From: Camelus ferus
Lineage: Eukaryota
Direction of reading: 5' to 3'
Assembly (NCBI RefSeq): GCF_009834535.1
Contig: NC_045697.1
Coordinates: 38,132,001 to 38,196,000, forward strand
DNA length: 64,000 bases
Positions 48,409 to 61,632 of this stretch are shown piece after piece. How positions within the stretch are numbered: position 1 is the first letter of the stretch; the number at the start of each line of letters is the position of its first letter. Below the pieces are notes generated by a model. The model saw only the letters and a list, made by a program, of their open reading frames with translations, made no database searches and was not told the DNA's origin. The translations under genes were made by a program, and so were the position numbers.

Positions 48409-49092
48409 GGAAATAACAAGTGTTGGCAAGGATGTGGAGAAATTGAAACCCATGTGCAATGTTGATGGGAGTGTAAAATGGCACAGCTGCTATGGAAAAA
48501 CAGTACGGCAGTTCCTCAAAAAATTAAAAATAGAACTACCATATGATCCCTCATTTCCACTTCCGGGTTTGTGGTCAAAAATTTGAAAGCAGGGTCTCAT
48601 AGAGGTATTTGTACACCCATGTTTAGAGCAGCATTATTCATAACAGCCAAAATAGGGAAGCAACTCAAGAATCCACCAGCGGATGAATGAATGAACAAAG
48701 TGTGGTATATACATGCAATGGATTATTCACTTCCTTAATAAAAAGGAAATTTTGACACATGCTACAACATGGATAAACCTTGAGGACATTATGCTAAGTG
48801 AAATAAGCTAGTCACAGAAGGATAAATACTGTATAATTCCTCCTATATGAGGTCCCCAGAGTAGTCAAATTCATAGAAACAGAAAATAGAATGGTGGTTG
48901 CCAGGGCCTGGGGGAGGGAGAAAATGGGGAGTTGTTAATTAATGGGTATAGAGTTTCAGTTTCATAAGATAAAAAAGTTCTGGAGATTGGCTGTACAATA
49001 ATATGACTATTTTTAACACAATGGACTGTACCCTCAAAACTGGTTAAGATGGTAAGTTTTATGTTAAGTGTATTTTACTATGATTTTAAAAT
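48409..49092 (+). mobile_element. L1MA/MB 3' portion
   Basis: aataacaagtgttggcaaggatgtggagaaattg...gttaagatggtaagttttatgtta; TSD-like ATATTGATG(A/G)TCTTT at 48394-48408 and 49093-49107. Confidence 0.88.
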
Positions 49093-49621
49093 ATATTGAT
49101 GGTCTTTAATAGATTAAAAACTGCATTAGAAGGATATATGAACAATGATCATCACATTAGTTTTAAAGAGTTACTTTTAAAACATTTAAAGTATGAGGAG
49201 TTCTTTTCTTACTTTTTTTCTTACTTTGTTTTATCACTATGAGGGTGGTAGTGGTTATGGTCAAAGAAATTATTATATATCTCCAAGTGACACTAAATTA
49301 AATTAAACTAGTATATACTTTTGGAACATTAAGAAGGGAATCAAATGATTTTATTTATTACTTTAAATTAAATAGTAACTTAAAAATTTGTGTTTTTATA
49401 ATCACTCAAAAATAAATTCCAGAACAGAAATTAAAGAGGAAGATACTCAAATAGAGTTACTGTACGGGTTATATATCACAAGGCAAATCAACCTGTTTTA
49501 CAGGCCAAGCTCATTTTCTTTCAGGATAATGACTGTAGGATTTGCTTACTAAGTCACGCTACCTTGCTTCTATGCTTTCAGCAGGATGGTCAGAGGGGAA
49601 TTATTACCAGCTCATTAACAT

Positions 49622-49812
49622 GATGGTTTTCAAACCTGAGTGTGAAGAAGAATCACCTGGAGAATTTGTGAAACTTGCAGATCCCTGAGCATCAGAATCA
49701 GATTCTGATTCAGCAGGTCTGGGGTGAGGCCAAGGAATGTGCATTTTAGCCACACATGCAGAGGGGTGGGGACTTTCTGATGCCTGAGGTTCACACACTT
49801 TGAGATAAACTA
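49622..49812. mobile_element. MER5-like MITE
   Basis: gaatcacctggag...gattctgattcagcaggtctggggtgaggccaaggaatgtgcatttt...cacactttgag. Confidence 0.75.
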
Positions 49813-50134
49813 CATTGCAAATGGTTAAGTAAAAACAACCTATTCCACGTGTAGCCTGAATGTCCAGGTACAGCTGATAAATGGTCCATTCTAATTGGGA
49901 AATTCTTTTTAACAACAAAAGGAAAATTTGTATCTTGTAATGTCTGTCCAACAAGCTGACCATGAGCCACAGGTCAGACTGGAGGTCCAGGATGGCTATG
50001 ACTATGACACGAACTTGAAGAGATTCCCAGCAGTAAGGAGTGTTGCCTGTCACCTCTTCTATTGGAAACTTTTCCCTCTGCTCCCTCAAATTCACAACAG
50101 ATCATTTTTAGAAAATTTAAATGTTTGGGGATGC

Positions 50135-50428
50135 CTATATATACATTCCTTTTCCTATTCTTTTTCATTATAGGCCATTACAATATTGAATGGGTGTCTA
50201 TTCCCACGGGAAAATATTCCCTGTGCTATACAGTAGGACCTTGTTGCTTATCTATTTTATTTATAGTAGTTAGTATCTGCAAATCCCAAACCTCCGATTT
50301 TATCCCTCCCCTACCCCATTCCCCCTGGTAACATAAGTTTGTTTTCTATGCTTGTGAGTTTCTTTCTGTTTTATAAATAAGTTCATTTGTGTCATTTTTT
50401 TTTAAGATTCCACATACAAGTGATATCT
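50135..50428 (-). mobile_element. L1 3' UTR fragment
   Basis: ccctgtgctatacagtaggaccttgttg...agattccacatacaagtgata. Confidence 0.85.
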
Positions 50429-50994
50429 AGTCTGACCTCTCTTTTTACATGTCTTCACTGGTCATGAATAATAACAGAGATGCAAATTTACTAAAATTTC
50501 ACATATGATGGAAATAAGCCTGGTAGATCAACAAAATACTGACAAACTCTCACATTTGAAAAAAAACGCATTGATCTTTCTGCTGATAAAGTATGTAACT
50601 TGATTTAGTTGCTCCTACATTTTTATATTGTACCTATCAGAGCAAAAAAAAAAAAAACTGAAACATTTAGTGGTGATTTGAAAAATAGCTAGCAATCGGA
50701 GCAATCGATTATTAATAGTGCAACAGACATGAAGTAGAGAAGCAGCCATTTTACACAGTCAGTGAGCACCACAAAGTAAAATCTATGCCCTTTTTTGCAA
50801 TTGAATAAGCAGATCACAATGAAAATGGCATAAATACCCATAAAGTGAGAAATTAATTGATGCCTAGATTCAAAGTCAGGTGCGTCTTGTAAGCCACCTC
50901 ACATCCTTCTGTGAAATAAATCAAGGCATAAACAGATGCATCCTTGCACATACATCCCTACACACACACATAACTTTTTCTCTTTTATTTCACC

Positions 50995-51400
50995 ATCATT
51001 CACTTAATTCATTCAACAGATATGTATTGTGTCTACCACATGCCTTGTGGAGCTGATAAACCAGAGGGAGGAAGACAACAATAAGCATGAAAGTAAGCAG
51101 ATAAACAACATAATTTCAGAAGTAATAAGAGCTCTGAAAAGTTTGATAAGAACATGTGCGGGAGACTGGGTGGGAAGTGGTCACATGATGGGAATGTCTG
51201 TCTGAAGAGGTGATATGTCAACCTGAGATGGGAACAAGGAAAGGAAAGTTCATGGAAAGAGCCCCCGGGCAGAGCAGTCAGTGAGCGTAGCGTTGTCAGG
51301 AGGCAGGAACAAGCTGGTCACCGAGCACGGTGAGCGGGCCAGGTGAGCCCAGGTCAGCAGGGGAGGCAGCTGTCGGGGCACGCTGGGCTTCAGGGATTAT
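50995..51400 (-). mobile_element. L2 fragment
   Basis: attcattcaacagatatgtattg...tctgaagaggtgatatg...acctgag. Confidence 0.55.
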
Positions 51401-52184
51401 TCCAATGCTGCACAAGCGATAACGGTCAGAGCTTGCCACTCTGCTTCAGTGGGGAACATGGGAGGTAATAGCCACTCACACAAATGAAATTCAAGCTGGC
51501 CAAGCTCTAGAAGACATGGACGAGGTGCCCATGCCCCACCCCTCACTGATTTCCTGGATGTGGCTCCTTCCTGGTGTTCTCTTGCTTTGATTTCTATCAC
51601 TCCCATCTTGTCCAAGTCTCTGAAGTGTGGTTGTCCACACAAGGACAAAGAAATAGTCCTGTCCTTATCTGAGATGAGCAAACATTTTTAAAGGATAAGT
51701 ATACTAAATGTGAAAGGAAAAATAGATTTCCAAAGTATAGGTTTCCGAACACCAAGACCCATTTATCTGCATATTATCCAGTCTCAAAGGACTAGCACAG
51801 ATGCTCAGATATCTTGCTCTGCTTTTTTTCTGACCCAAGTCCCACCTGTCATCTGGCATTGGATCTTGGGGATCCTTCCTGTTTACTGATCCTGGGAGAT
51901 TGTCTGCCTGTCCAGTCTATGTCATTCTGAGACAAGTTCTCAAAAGAATCTAATTAAACTTAATTTAATAAGGGAGATTCTTTCCTTCAGGTATATAGAA
52001 GAAGAAATGCACCTGCTCTTCAGAGCGTACTGTGGCAGTCATAAATCAGATTGACTCCACAGCCTCAGGAAGATTGCTTGACTGCGTTACACTCTTCCAT
52101 ATTCAAATAAGTAAGAGGCAATTCGAGGCCATCTCAGTCAGGTGCAGAGTATGAGATTTACGATCAGAAGTATAAAAGTTCTCC

Positions 52185-52758
52185 TCTCTTTGAAATGCAT
52201 ATAAATCCTTTTGAAGACTGGATCAGCCTTTTTCAGCTTTGTGACCCAGCACTGTCTTTCTTGAGAACCTGGGAGCCAACTCTTTGCGATGTCACCATGG
52301 AGGGAGACTGTGCCTCTACCTCCCAGTGTCTGTGCGCAGGTAGGAGCTTAACTTCAGTGGGGCCTTGCTCCAAGCTGCAAAGCTGCCTCCTCTCATGTCA
52401 TACAGACAGGAGAAATTGGTTTCTACTGGATAAAGCCAATTAGCCAACATAGATGGTCACCCCAATTACCAGGTAAAGTTAGCACAAACTATGTGTGACA
52501 AAGGTGCCGTCAGGTCCCCTTACTTGACTAGTCATTGTTTATCTTGAAAACACATGTGCCGTGGATTCCATCTGCTGGGCTACATAAAATGGCGGGGATT
52601 TCCTTCCGTCTTTACAACCTCTTAGCGGACTGCCTGTGATGTACATCACCTTCTTGTTTAATGCTTAGTCCATAATAAAACTGCTTCTTTCTCTATGTCT
52701 GCTGTGGAGAAGATTTCTGGGTTGGGAAGAGATTTGTTTTTGAACTATTTCCCCAACA
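52185..52758 (+). mobile_element. MER34-like ERV1 LTR
   Basis: TATA-like tacataaaat, AATAAA at about 52674, terminus gggttgggaagagatttgttt...atttccccaaca matching the recalled MER34 family. Confidence 0.7.
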
Positions 52759-54781
52759 TCCCTCAGGAGCAATCAGAGAAGGAAACTCCAAGATCCTGCT
52801 CCCAGCTGAAAAGGTGCGATACAAGCATAACAAAAGTAAACTCTCTGAACTATGTAGCAGCCTCCAAGGTGCACACACATTCGATGGTAAAAGGTAAAAA
52901 TCTAACTGGCTAAGGAGGCTTACACATAACCTTTGACCAACTTTGCTCTTCTTTTTCAAGACTGTCTTGGCTATTCTGAGTCCTCTGAATTTCTAAAGAG
53001 CACGATTTAGCAAAGCACTGTTAAGGGATGTTCCTGTAACCTCAAACCTAATGGCATCACCAAATGCCACTATACTATCTGTATTTCAAAATAGTTTTTA
53101 AAAAACTACCTGCTATATTTATGAATGACAAAACATTTACTCTCCTAGGAAGCTCCCTCTTTTGTCACTGCCTAGCCAAACCTTTCCCATTTATTAAGAT
53201 GGAGTTGACATTCTGACTCTTCCAGGCCACATTACTGTCCTTCTCCAAATAGCTACCCACCTGCCATTTTTATAAGACAACTGAGCACTTTATTCTCAAA
53301 TTTTATTCTCAAATTGTGGCAGGAAAGCTGGAAACACATCAAGGATAGAGATAATATCATAATCTTTATTTTCATTCCCTGCTTGTTATAACTTGAAACT
53401 TAAGTCAATATTGGGTTAAATGCTGCTGATTTTTACAGGTTTTTTTTTTTCAAATTCTGAGTTACATTTATATCTTAAATTAAACAAAAAGATATATTTT
53501 TAAAAAATTAGACAGTCTAGCATAACTTTGGGCACAATAGTATGCAACTGACATTTTGGTTCAATTTAATTAGGAGATAAGGGTTGCAACTAATATACTT
53601 CACATTTTTCTTTGCGCCAGGCAATGTGACCTTGGCACTTCACGTAAATAATTTCATTTAATTAAATGGAATCAAATGTGAGCCATATGCAAATATCATT
53701 ATACATTAAGGATGTGCAAACAAGATATGTTATTTTTATCAGCTTAAAAGTGTTGATTAAACTAATTTAGCTACTCAGGAGATCATTGTTTAGAATCCTA
53801 AATTTCTGCCTTGACCCACCCCAACATCATGGAAATGTCAAACTTAAAATATTCAGTAAACTTTAAAACAATGCTATCAGCATATTCTCCAATAATTTTA
53901 TTGCAATAACCACTTTTTTTACAATATGGTTACAAAAATTATTATAATTGTTCTAAGAATCTTCTCATGTTATGCACTTGGACTATGTCCTGGAATAAAT
54001 AATAATTTCCTCTAAAACAATTGCTTTCTCTCTCTTTCCACGGTATCTTTCCTTAGTATCTAAAAGTTTGCTTTGTTCATATTCGATTCACATGACTGTC
54101 AAAATATGTAACTGCAGATGTCAGAAATATTTTTCAGATCAGGGCAAATAGTTAGGGAATATTTTTCACTATTTTTCTACTAAAATAGTTACTGGAAAAT
54201 ATTTTCTAAAAGTACTCATTGTGAAACATGGTAGAATTATTTCATGATGGAACCACAGCTTTAATTCAAATACTGTTGACATCAGTGAGTGCGTGAGTCA
54301 TTAAGTGGAATAAAAGGCATCATTCTTAATCATTATTGAAATATTAAAAAGATTTCAGAAAAATACAATTTTAAACAAATATAGTGTAATTATGTGTCTC
54401 ACAATATTTGACACAGAGTGACACTCAATAAATAGAACCTTTCTTTTAAATTACATTATCACATGATTCTCAACACTTCCAATGGTAAGATTTAATGAAC
54501 AATGGGGATAAGTTGCTTGTATGTTAGTCTTTTGTAACAGTCCCAACTATCACATATTTTAAATATTTTTTCATGCATATACTTATTCCTAAACATTTTC
54601 GACTACCTAATATGGGCCAAGTACTAAAGGGTTAAGTGTTTTCTACAATATATAGTATACGCATCAGTATCTAATGTACTATAAACTAAACTTAAATATT
54701 ATCTAATATTTACAACAGAGAGTAATTATTAAATAATGTGTGTATCTTGCTTCTTTTACATTTCTAATTTTAAGTACTAAG

Positions 54782-55666
54782 CATAGGCAGATTTACCATA
54801 AAATAATGAATCTTAAGCTTTAGAACCCCTCTCTTGCACAGGCCCTTTTCAAAGTCTGAGAGAGGCTCCAGCAACATATTCACATGAACTTATATTTTTG
54901 TAAATTTTGCAGAAGATATTTTAACTACAGTTGTTTAAGGTAGCTTTCTCTTTTCACTAGCATCACATTTTCCATCTTGTTGGGTGGCACTGGAGTGACC
55001 AGAGGTATTCAGAAGATCCAGCTAAGTGGAAGTTGAGTTGGAGATGCAATTAACTTGGATTTAGTGGGATAAATTGATGCAGTTATCAGTCACTTTTCTA
55101 TATAATTAGGTACTGCTAACCCTTCGAGGGTATAATTTCTTCCAGGAATAATTCAAGTGCCCAATCTGTGACTCATCTGCAATCATGATATGAAGATGAA
55201 GGGCATTGAATATACTGTGTTATGAAAATGGAGAGAGACAGAGCCAGAAGCTAGTCTGTGGAGGGTTCTTCCAATCATCAGATGTGTAAAATTGTAAGTT
55301 GAAAATCTGACCTCATTATCCCTTAGTCAAAATGGAATTTTTATTTCATCATAAATATGCTCTATACTGCCATGTATACAACTTAATATAAACACAGCAT
55401 ATGTATTTTTTACAGAAATCCTACAAAACAAAAATTTTTACAATTCCTATGAATGTAAGGTACAAATTTACAGCAACACTACAAATAGTGAGAAGCAAAC
55501 TTACACATCTATGTATCTCAGCACATCAGATCACATCTTGGCATATTGGAGACATCTTGAAATGAGGCAATCCCAAATGAAATGGTCTGTAAAACTCTGT
55601 TTCTTAAAAAGTGATCCCCAAACTCATACAAGCTTCAAGTTCCACAAAACCTGGATTTGTCCCTAG
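54782..55666 (+). mobile_element. Arthur1(MER69)-like hAT-Tip100 DNA transposon remnant
   Basis: 5' aggcagatttacc...taatgaatcttaagcttt...cttgcacaggcccc and 3' aagcttcaagttccacaaaacctggatttgtccct match the recalled termini. Confidence 0.7.
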
Positions 55667-56059
55667 TCAACAATTCTGCCTAGATAATCCTCACAGAGTG
55701 AATCAGAAAATCATAACATCTTGGAAATAACATTAACTTTAAATACCATGTAGTCTGGTGGGGGGTTTCATATATTTTCTTTTAAGTTTTAAGACCTTTT
55801 TTCCCAAGTAAAGCTTATGTTATAAATGCAGGAGAAAGTCTTAGTGATCAACATTATAAGGAAAGTAGAGAATAACAAGCTAAATAAGAAATACACATGA
55901 AACAAATGAGAAACAATAAGCCAAAATTTAAAAATAAGTGTGAACTCATAAAACTCAAAAAGATACACACTTTCCTCTGTTTCTGTCCAGAGTAGCCCAC
56001 TATTCAAGACACTAAGATAAACAACGGCTCCTTACACAAAAAGATATTAATGTACACAA

Positions 56060-56770
56060 AAGATATTAACGTTAAAAGAAAATAGATAAACTGGATCTCA
56101 TCAAATTTATAAACATCTATTCACCAAAAGACATCATTACCAAAGTGAAAAAACAAGCCACAGACTAACAAAAAAGATTTTAAAAATCAATAATATATAT
56201 TTTAAATGAGCAAAAGAGTTAAACAGGCACGCCACAAAAGAAGTTATCTAAATAATCAATAAGCATGCTAAAAGGGTGCTGAACATCTTTAGTCATCAGG
56301 AAAATGCAAATTAAAACTTCCATGAGATGCCACCACATACCTATCAGAGTAGCTAAAATTAAAAGATTAATAATACCAATGTTGGCAATAAAATGGAGCA
56401 ATAGGAATTATTATACACTGCTGGTGTGAGTATAAAACTGTACAACCACATTGGAAAACTGCTTCCCAATTTCTCTGAAAGTTAAATAGACATCTGCCTG
56501 CCCAATGACCTATAATTCTACTTCTAATATATATAGTATATCCAAGAGAAAGAAATGCTTATGTCCACAAAAAGACTTGCACAAGAATGTTTGTAGCAGT
56601 TTTATTAAAAATAGCTTCAAAACAGAAATAACACAAATGTCCATCAAAAGGAAAATGGAGAAACAACTTGTGGGATTTTGATACAATAAAATTTTATTCA
56701 ATAGAAAAGAACAAACTACTGCTAAAATAACACTGATGAATTTCACAGGAGCCAATTTAAAAGAACTCTC
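56060..56770 (+). mobile_element. Old L1ME-like ORF2 3' fragment
   Basis: tagtcatcaggaaaatgcaaattaaaac...tatgtccacaaaaagacttgcacaagaatgtt. Confidence 0.8.
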
Positions 56771-57433
56771 ACTGGTCAAGTTGTCCTAATTTGAGCATCA
56801 ATGGAAATAATAATAATAATGTTTAATTATAATAATATGAATAATAGTAATTAGTGATTACTAATCAGAGTAATAACAATTAGTCATTATTTTGGTTAAC
56901 TAAAATTAACTGAATCTATGAAAGATATAAATTCATAACAATATTGAAAAGAAAAGAATTAATAGAAAGCAGTGACTTTCAAACATTTTTTAAAACCAAG
57001 GTCCACAGCTAGAATTATACTATAGACACAAACACACACATACACACACACACCCCATCTTAAATGCTGTTCAAAATATTACTCACTCTTCTTATTAACT
57101 CTGGCTAGTTCTATTTTATTCAACTCTTTAACCAATTTAAAAAAACTGATTGCATGAATAACCAATTGGTTGCAAATTATAGTTCATAAAACATTGATAA
57201 AAATTAGTTGAAATGAAAAAGGATAAGGTTCCTTTTTTTAAACTAATTTTGAGATTTTGATCAGTAGGAATATTCTCATATGTGAGCATTTTGTTTCACT
57301 AATTACACATCTGCTTATATGTATACAAGATGACTACTTATTTCCATTTATGTATGCAAAGAGGAACAAATGCAGAGAAATAAAAAGTAAACCAAATAGT
57401 CCTAGAAAAAATAAAAATTGTACCGAAAAGAGA

Positions 57434-58750
57434 TTCATGTGCCCTGACTTCAGATTATACTACAAAGCTACAGTAATCAAAACAGTGTGGTACTGGCACA
57501 AAAAGAGATTCAAAGATCAATGGAACAGAATAGAGAGCTCAGAAATAAACCCAAATAACTATGGTCAATTTATCTATGACAAAGGAGGCAAGAATATACA
57601 ATGGAGAAAAGACTTTTCAATAAGACAGCTGGACAGCTACATGTAAAAGAAGAAAATTAGAACTTTTTTTTCACACCATATACAAGAATAAACCCAAAAT
57701 GGATTAAAGATCTAAATGTAAGCTCTGAAATCATAAAACTCTTAGAAGAAAATAGGTAGAACACTCTTTGACATAAATTGTAGCAATACTTTTTGACCCT
57801 GTCTCCTAAGGCAAAGGAAACAAAAATAAACAAATGGGACCTACTTAAACCTAAAAGCTTTTGCACAGCAAAGGATATCATCAACAAAATGAAAAGACAA
57901 CCTACTGAATGGGAGAAAATATTTGCAAATGATATGACCAATAAGGAGTTATTATCCAAAATATATAAACAGCTCAAACAACTCAATATCAAAAAAAAAA
58001 AACAAAAAAAAACAAAAAACCCAACAACAATCTGATTAAAAAATAAGCAGGTGACCTGAATAGACATTTGTTCAAAGAAGGCATACGGATGGCTAACAGG
58101 CACATGAAAAGATGCTCAACTTCATGAATTACCAGAGAAATACACATCAAAATCACAATGAGATATCACCTCTCACCAGTCAGAATGGCTATCATCAAAA
58201 AGACCACAAATAACAAATGCTGGCAAGGATGTGGAGAAAATGAAATTCTTGTACACTTTTGGTGGGAATTAAATTGATGCAGCCACTGTGGAAAACAGTA
58301 TGGAGATTCCTAAAAAAACCAAAAATATAGTTACCATATGATCCAGCAATTCCACTCCTGGGCATATATGCAAAGAAAATTAAAACTAATTCAAAAAGAT
58401 ATATGCACACAGGTTACTCTCTCTCTTGCCTTCTGAGATGGCCCATACTCTGCCTATGGAGCGTGTGTCTACTTTTACTTTCACCACCCCAACAACACTC
58501 CCTGCCTTGTGGCCTCTCTGGCCTTCTGAGATGGCCTACACTCCACTAGGTCTATGGAGTGTGTATCTCTCTGAATAAATCTGCTTTTACTAAAAAAAAA
58601 AAAAAAAAAAAGATACATGCACTCCAATTTTCACAGCAGCATTATTTACAATAGCCAAGATATGGAAGCAACCTAAGTGTCCATCAGTAGATGAGTAGGA
58701 TGAATGGATAAAGAAAATGTGATTGATATAATTATACACACAGGCACACA

Positions 58751-58792
<42 letters not shown>

Positions 58793-59251
58793 GTGGAATT
58801 ACTCAGCCACTAAAAAGATTGAAATTTTGCCATTTTCAAGATGGACCTGGAGGTTATTATGCTTTGTGAAATAATTCAGACAAAGAAAGACAAACAGTGT
58901 ATGTCATCACTTATATGTAGAATCCGAAAAATAAGACAAATGAATGAATATAACAAAACAGAAACAGACTCACAGATATAGAGAAAAAACTAGTGGTTAC
59001 CGGTAGGGAGAGGGAAGCAGGGAGGGCCAAGACAAGGGCAAGGGATTAAGAGTACCAACTACTATGTATAAAATAAATAAGCTACAAGGATATATTGCAC
59101 AACATAGAAAATACAGTCAATCTTTTATAATAACTTTAAATGGAGTATAATTCATAAAAAATTTTTGGATCACTGTGTTGTACATCTGAAAATAATATAA
59201 TATTGCAAATCAACTATGCTTCAATAAAAAAATTAAAAATAATTTTAAAAA
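57434..59251 (+). mobile_element. 5'-truncated L1 (ORF2 C-terminal part plus 3' UTR) carrying an internal insertion
   Basis: ORFs [27 protein letters not shown] and KINKWDL.K.KSFCTAK...[12 protein letters not shown]. Diverged TSD at 57413-57433 and 59252-59272. Confidence 0.93.
58409..58611 (+). mobile_element. Retroposed polyadenylated LTR-like fragment
   Basis: Non-L1 sequence ending AATAAA(58574-58579)-12 nt-A20, flanked by TSD AAAAAGATA(T/C)ATGCAC. Confidence 0.8.
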
Positions 59252-59769
59252 AGAAATTGTTCTAAAAAGAGAAAGGATTGTCCAGCATGAGTAATCAAAC
59301 ATCATAAACAAGTAGAAAGGGGATCCAACAAATATGTTTCCTAAAGATAAATTAACAAAATGATCTAAAAACTAAAGTTAAATATGTGTATTCAAGCTCT
59401 CACATCTAGGGATTGACACCTACGTTTTACCAAACTAACCATAATAAAACTCTAATACAACATATACAGTTTTAATTAATTGTATTATTTTTTAATTTTT
59501 AAGAGATACTATATTCACATGGTTCAAATTTTAATATAAAATTATAAAACATTAAACAGTACATATAATTATGGTTTTTTTTAAAATAAAAATCTCTCTC
59601 TCTCACTTATCTCCCAACTGCTCAGTTCCTACTCCATCAGAAGCCCCTCCCAATCTGGGTAACCACTGATAAGTGTCATAGTCTCCTTATATAATTTTTT
59701 TGTGCATAATCAAGAAAACCTGAATTATTTGCCCCCTTTAAAATGTGTTAATTCCCTCCAGAGGGTTTT

Positions 59770-60200
59770 TAATTAAAATTTAATTCATATACCATAAAAT
59801 TCACTTTTAAAGTATACAATTAAGCAGCTTTTGGTATATTCATGAAGTTGTACAACCATCACCACTATCCAATTAAAGGACTTTTTCATTACTCCAAAAA
59901 GAAGGCCCATGTCCCTTAGCTATCAGCCCCCCACCTTCTTATGCCTAAGAAACTATTAATCTACTCTCTGAGACCATAGATTTGCCTATTCTGGACATTT
60001 CATGTAAGTGGAATCATGCAATAGGTGGCCTCTTATGACCAGTTTCTTTCACTCAGCATAATGATTTCAAGGTTTACCCAGACTATTTTCCCAGCGGGGC
60101 TGCATCATTTTACACTCCCACCAGCAATGTATGTGTGTTCCAGTTCTCCACATCCTCACCAACAGTTGTTACTGCTCATCTTCTTGATTACCTCCATTTT
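59770..60200 (-). mobile_element. L1MB-like 3' fragment
   Basis: taattcatataccataaaattcacttttaaagtatacaatt...gatttgcctattctggacatttcat. Confidence 0.8.
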
Positions 60201-60544
60201 TTAACACAAAGAGAAGAGAACATACTACACACACTGCTACAGGCTTGCTTTTTTCACATAGCATCTTGGAGACCTTTCCCTATCAGGAAGTAGAGAGGAT
60301 CTGTTTCTGGGGGAGCAGCTGGTACAGAGGAGGAGGGGGCTAGGGTACTCCAGAATGAACATACATAAATACATACGTACACACATACATTTTTTTCTTC
60401 ACAGTTTTCTTGTATCACAGGAACACATCCACAGGCCCCTAAAGGGCTCCCAGAACACCATCTAAAAACTATTTATCTGTCTGGGTCACCCCTCACTTGA
60501 CAAATGAGGAAACCAAAGCCCAGAGAGGCCACGTGATCTTCCTA

Positions 60545-60975
60545 GCTAGGGTTTGCTAGGGCTGCTGTAACAAAGTATCACAAATTGGGAGGCTTAAACA
60601 ACAGAAATGTGTGGTCTCACAGTTCTGGAGGCTAGATTTCCAGAACTAAGGTTGTTTCCTCTGAGAGCTGTGAGAGAGGATGTGTTCCAAGGTTCCCCTA
60701 GCTCCTGGAGGTTTCTGAACAACATTTGGTTTTCCCTGGCTTATAGACGCATCACCCAATCTCTGTCCTCCTTTACACATGACATTCTCCCTGTATGCGT
60801 GCCTGTCTCAAAATTCCCCCTTTTCATTAGGACAGAAGACATACTGGATTACGGTCCACTCTAATCATCCAATTTTAACTTGATTATCTCGATAAGGAAT
60901 AAGATCACATTTTGAGGTACAGGGGGTAGAACTTCAGTGTATGAATTTGGGGGGAACACAATTCAACCCATAACC
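60545..60975. mobile_element. MLT1A-C-like MaLR LTR
   Basis: tagggctgctgtaacaaagtatcacaaattgggaggcttaaacaacagaaat...ggggaacacaattcaacccataac. Confidence 0.85.
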
Positions 60976-61389
60976 CCATAGGGTTATTGTCACTAGTGAA
61001 GCTCTCTGGGTTTCCCAAATATCCTTGAATTTCATAAATGTCTCTCATACCAAGAAGCCAGTTTATAAAACATTTTCATTATTGACACCTCTAATTAAAG
61101 ATAAATATCTTAACTCAATAAGCAAATAACTATGATTTGACTTCAATTTTAAAAGAAAGTTATTAAACTAACATAACCACTTGTAAGCATTAGTGGGAGA
61201 TAAATCATCATACACACTGTGGCACTTTGGTCAGTTGACAGGAGGTCAGGAAACACAGAGCTGAGTCCCAACTCTTGACATTCACTCATTTGGGGGACTA
61301 TTTACCACCTGGATTGCCAAGCCTCTTCTCATGGATGAGTTGATATGATCTCTGAAGCCCAGAGGATTCTATGATTTCTATTCTATTTT

Positions 61390-61632
61390 TTAAATTTTTA
61401 AAAAATTTATTGAAGGATAGTCAGTTTATAATGTTCTGTCAATTTCTGGTGTACAGCATAATGTCTCAGTCATACATATACATACACATATTCATTTCAT
61501 ATTCTTTTGCATTACAGGTTCCTACAGAATATTGAATATAGTTCCCTATACAGAAGAAACTTGTTTTTCTGTTTTATATATAGTGGTTAATATCTGCAAA
61601 TCTCAAACTCCCAATTCATCCCTTCCCATCCT
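61390..61632 (-). mobile_element. Short young L1 3' end
   Basis: tttattgaaggatagtcagtttataatgtt.tgtcaatttctggtgtacagcataatgt; antisense to the 9154 family. Confidence 0.85.

Noticed and set aside
49604..50173. 163-aa and overlapping ORFs
   Set aside because: Partly made of a MER5 MITE and an L1 edge; no coding signature.
57257..58410. ORFs of 71-148 aa
   Set aside because: Sense and antisense pieces of a dead, truncated L1.
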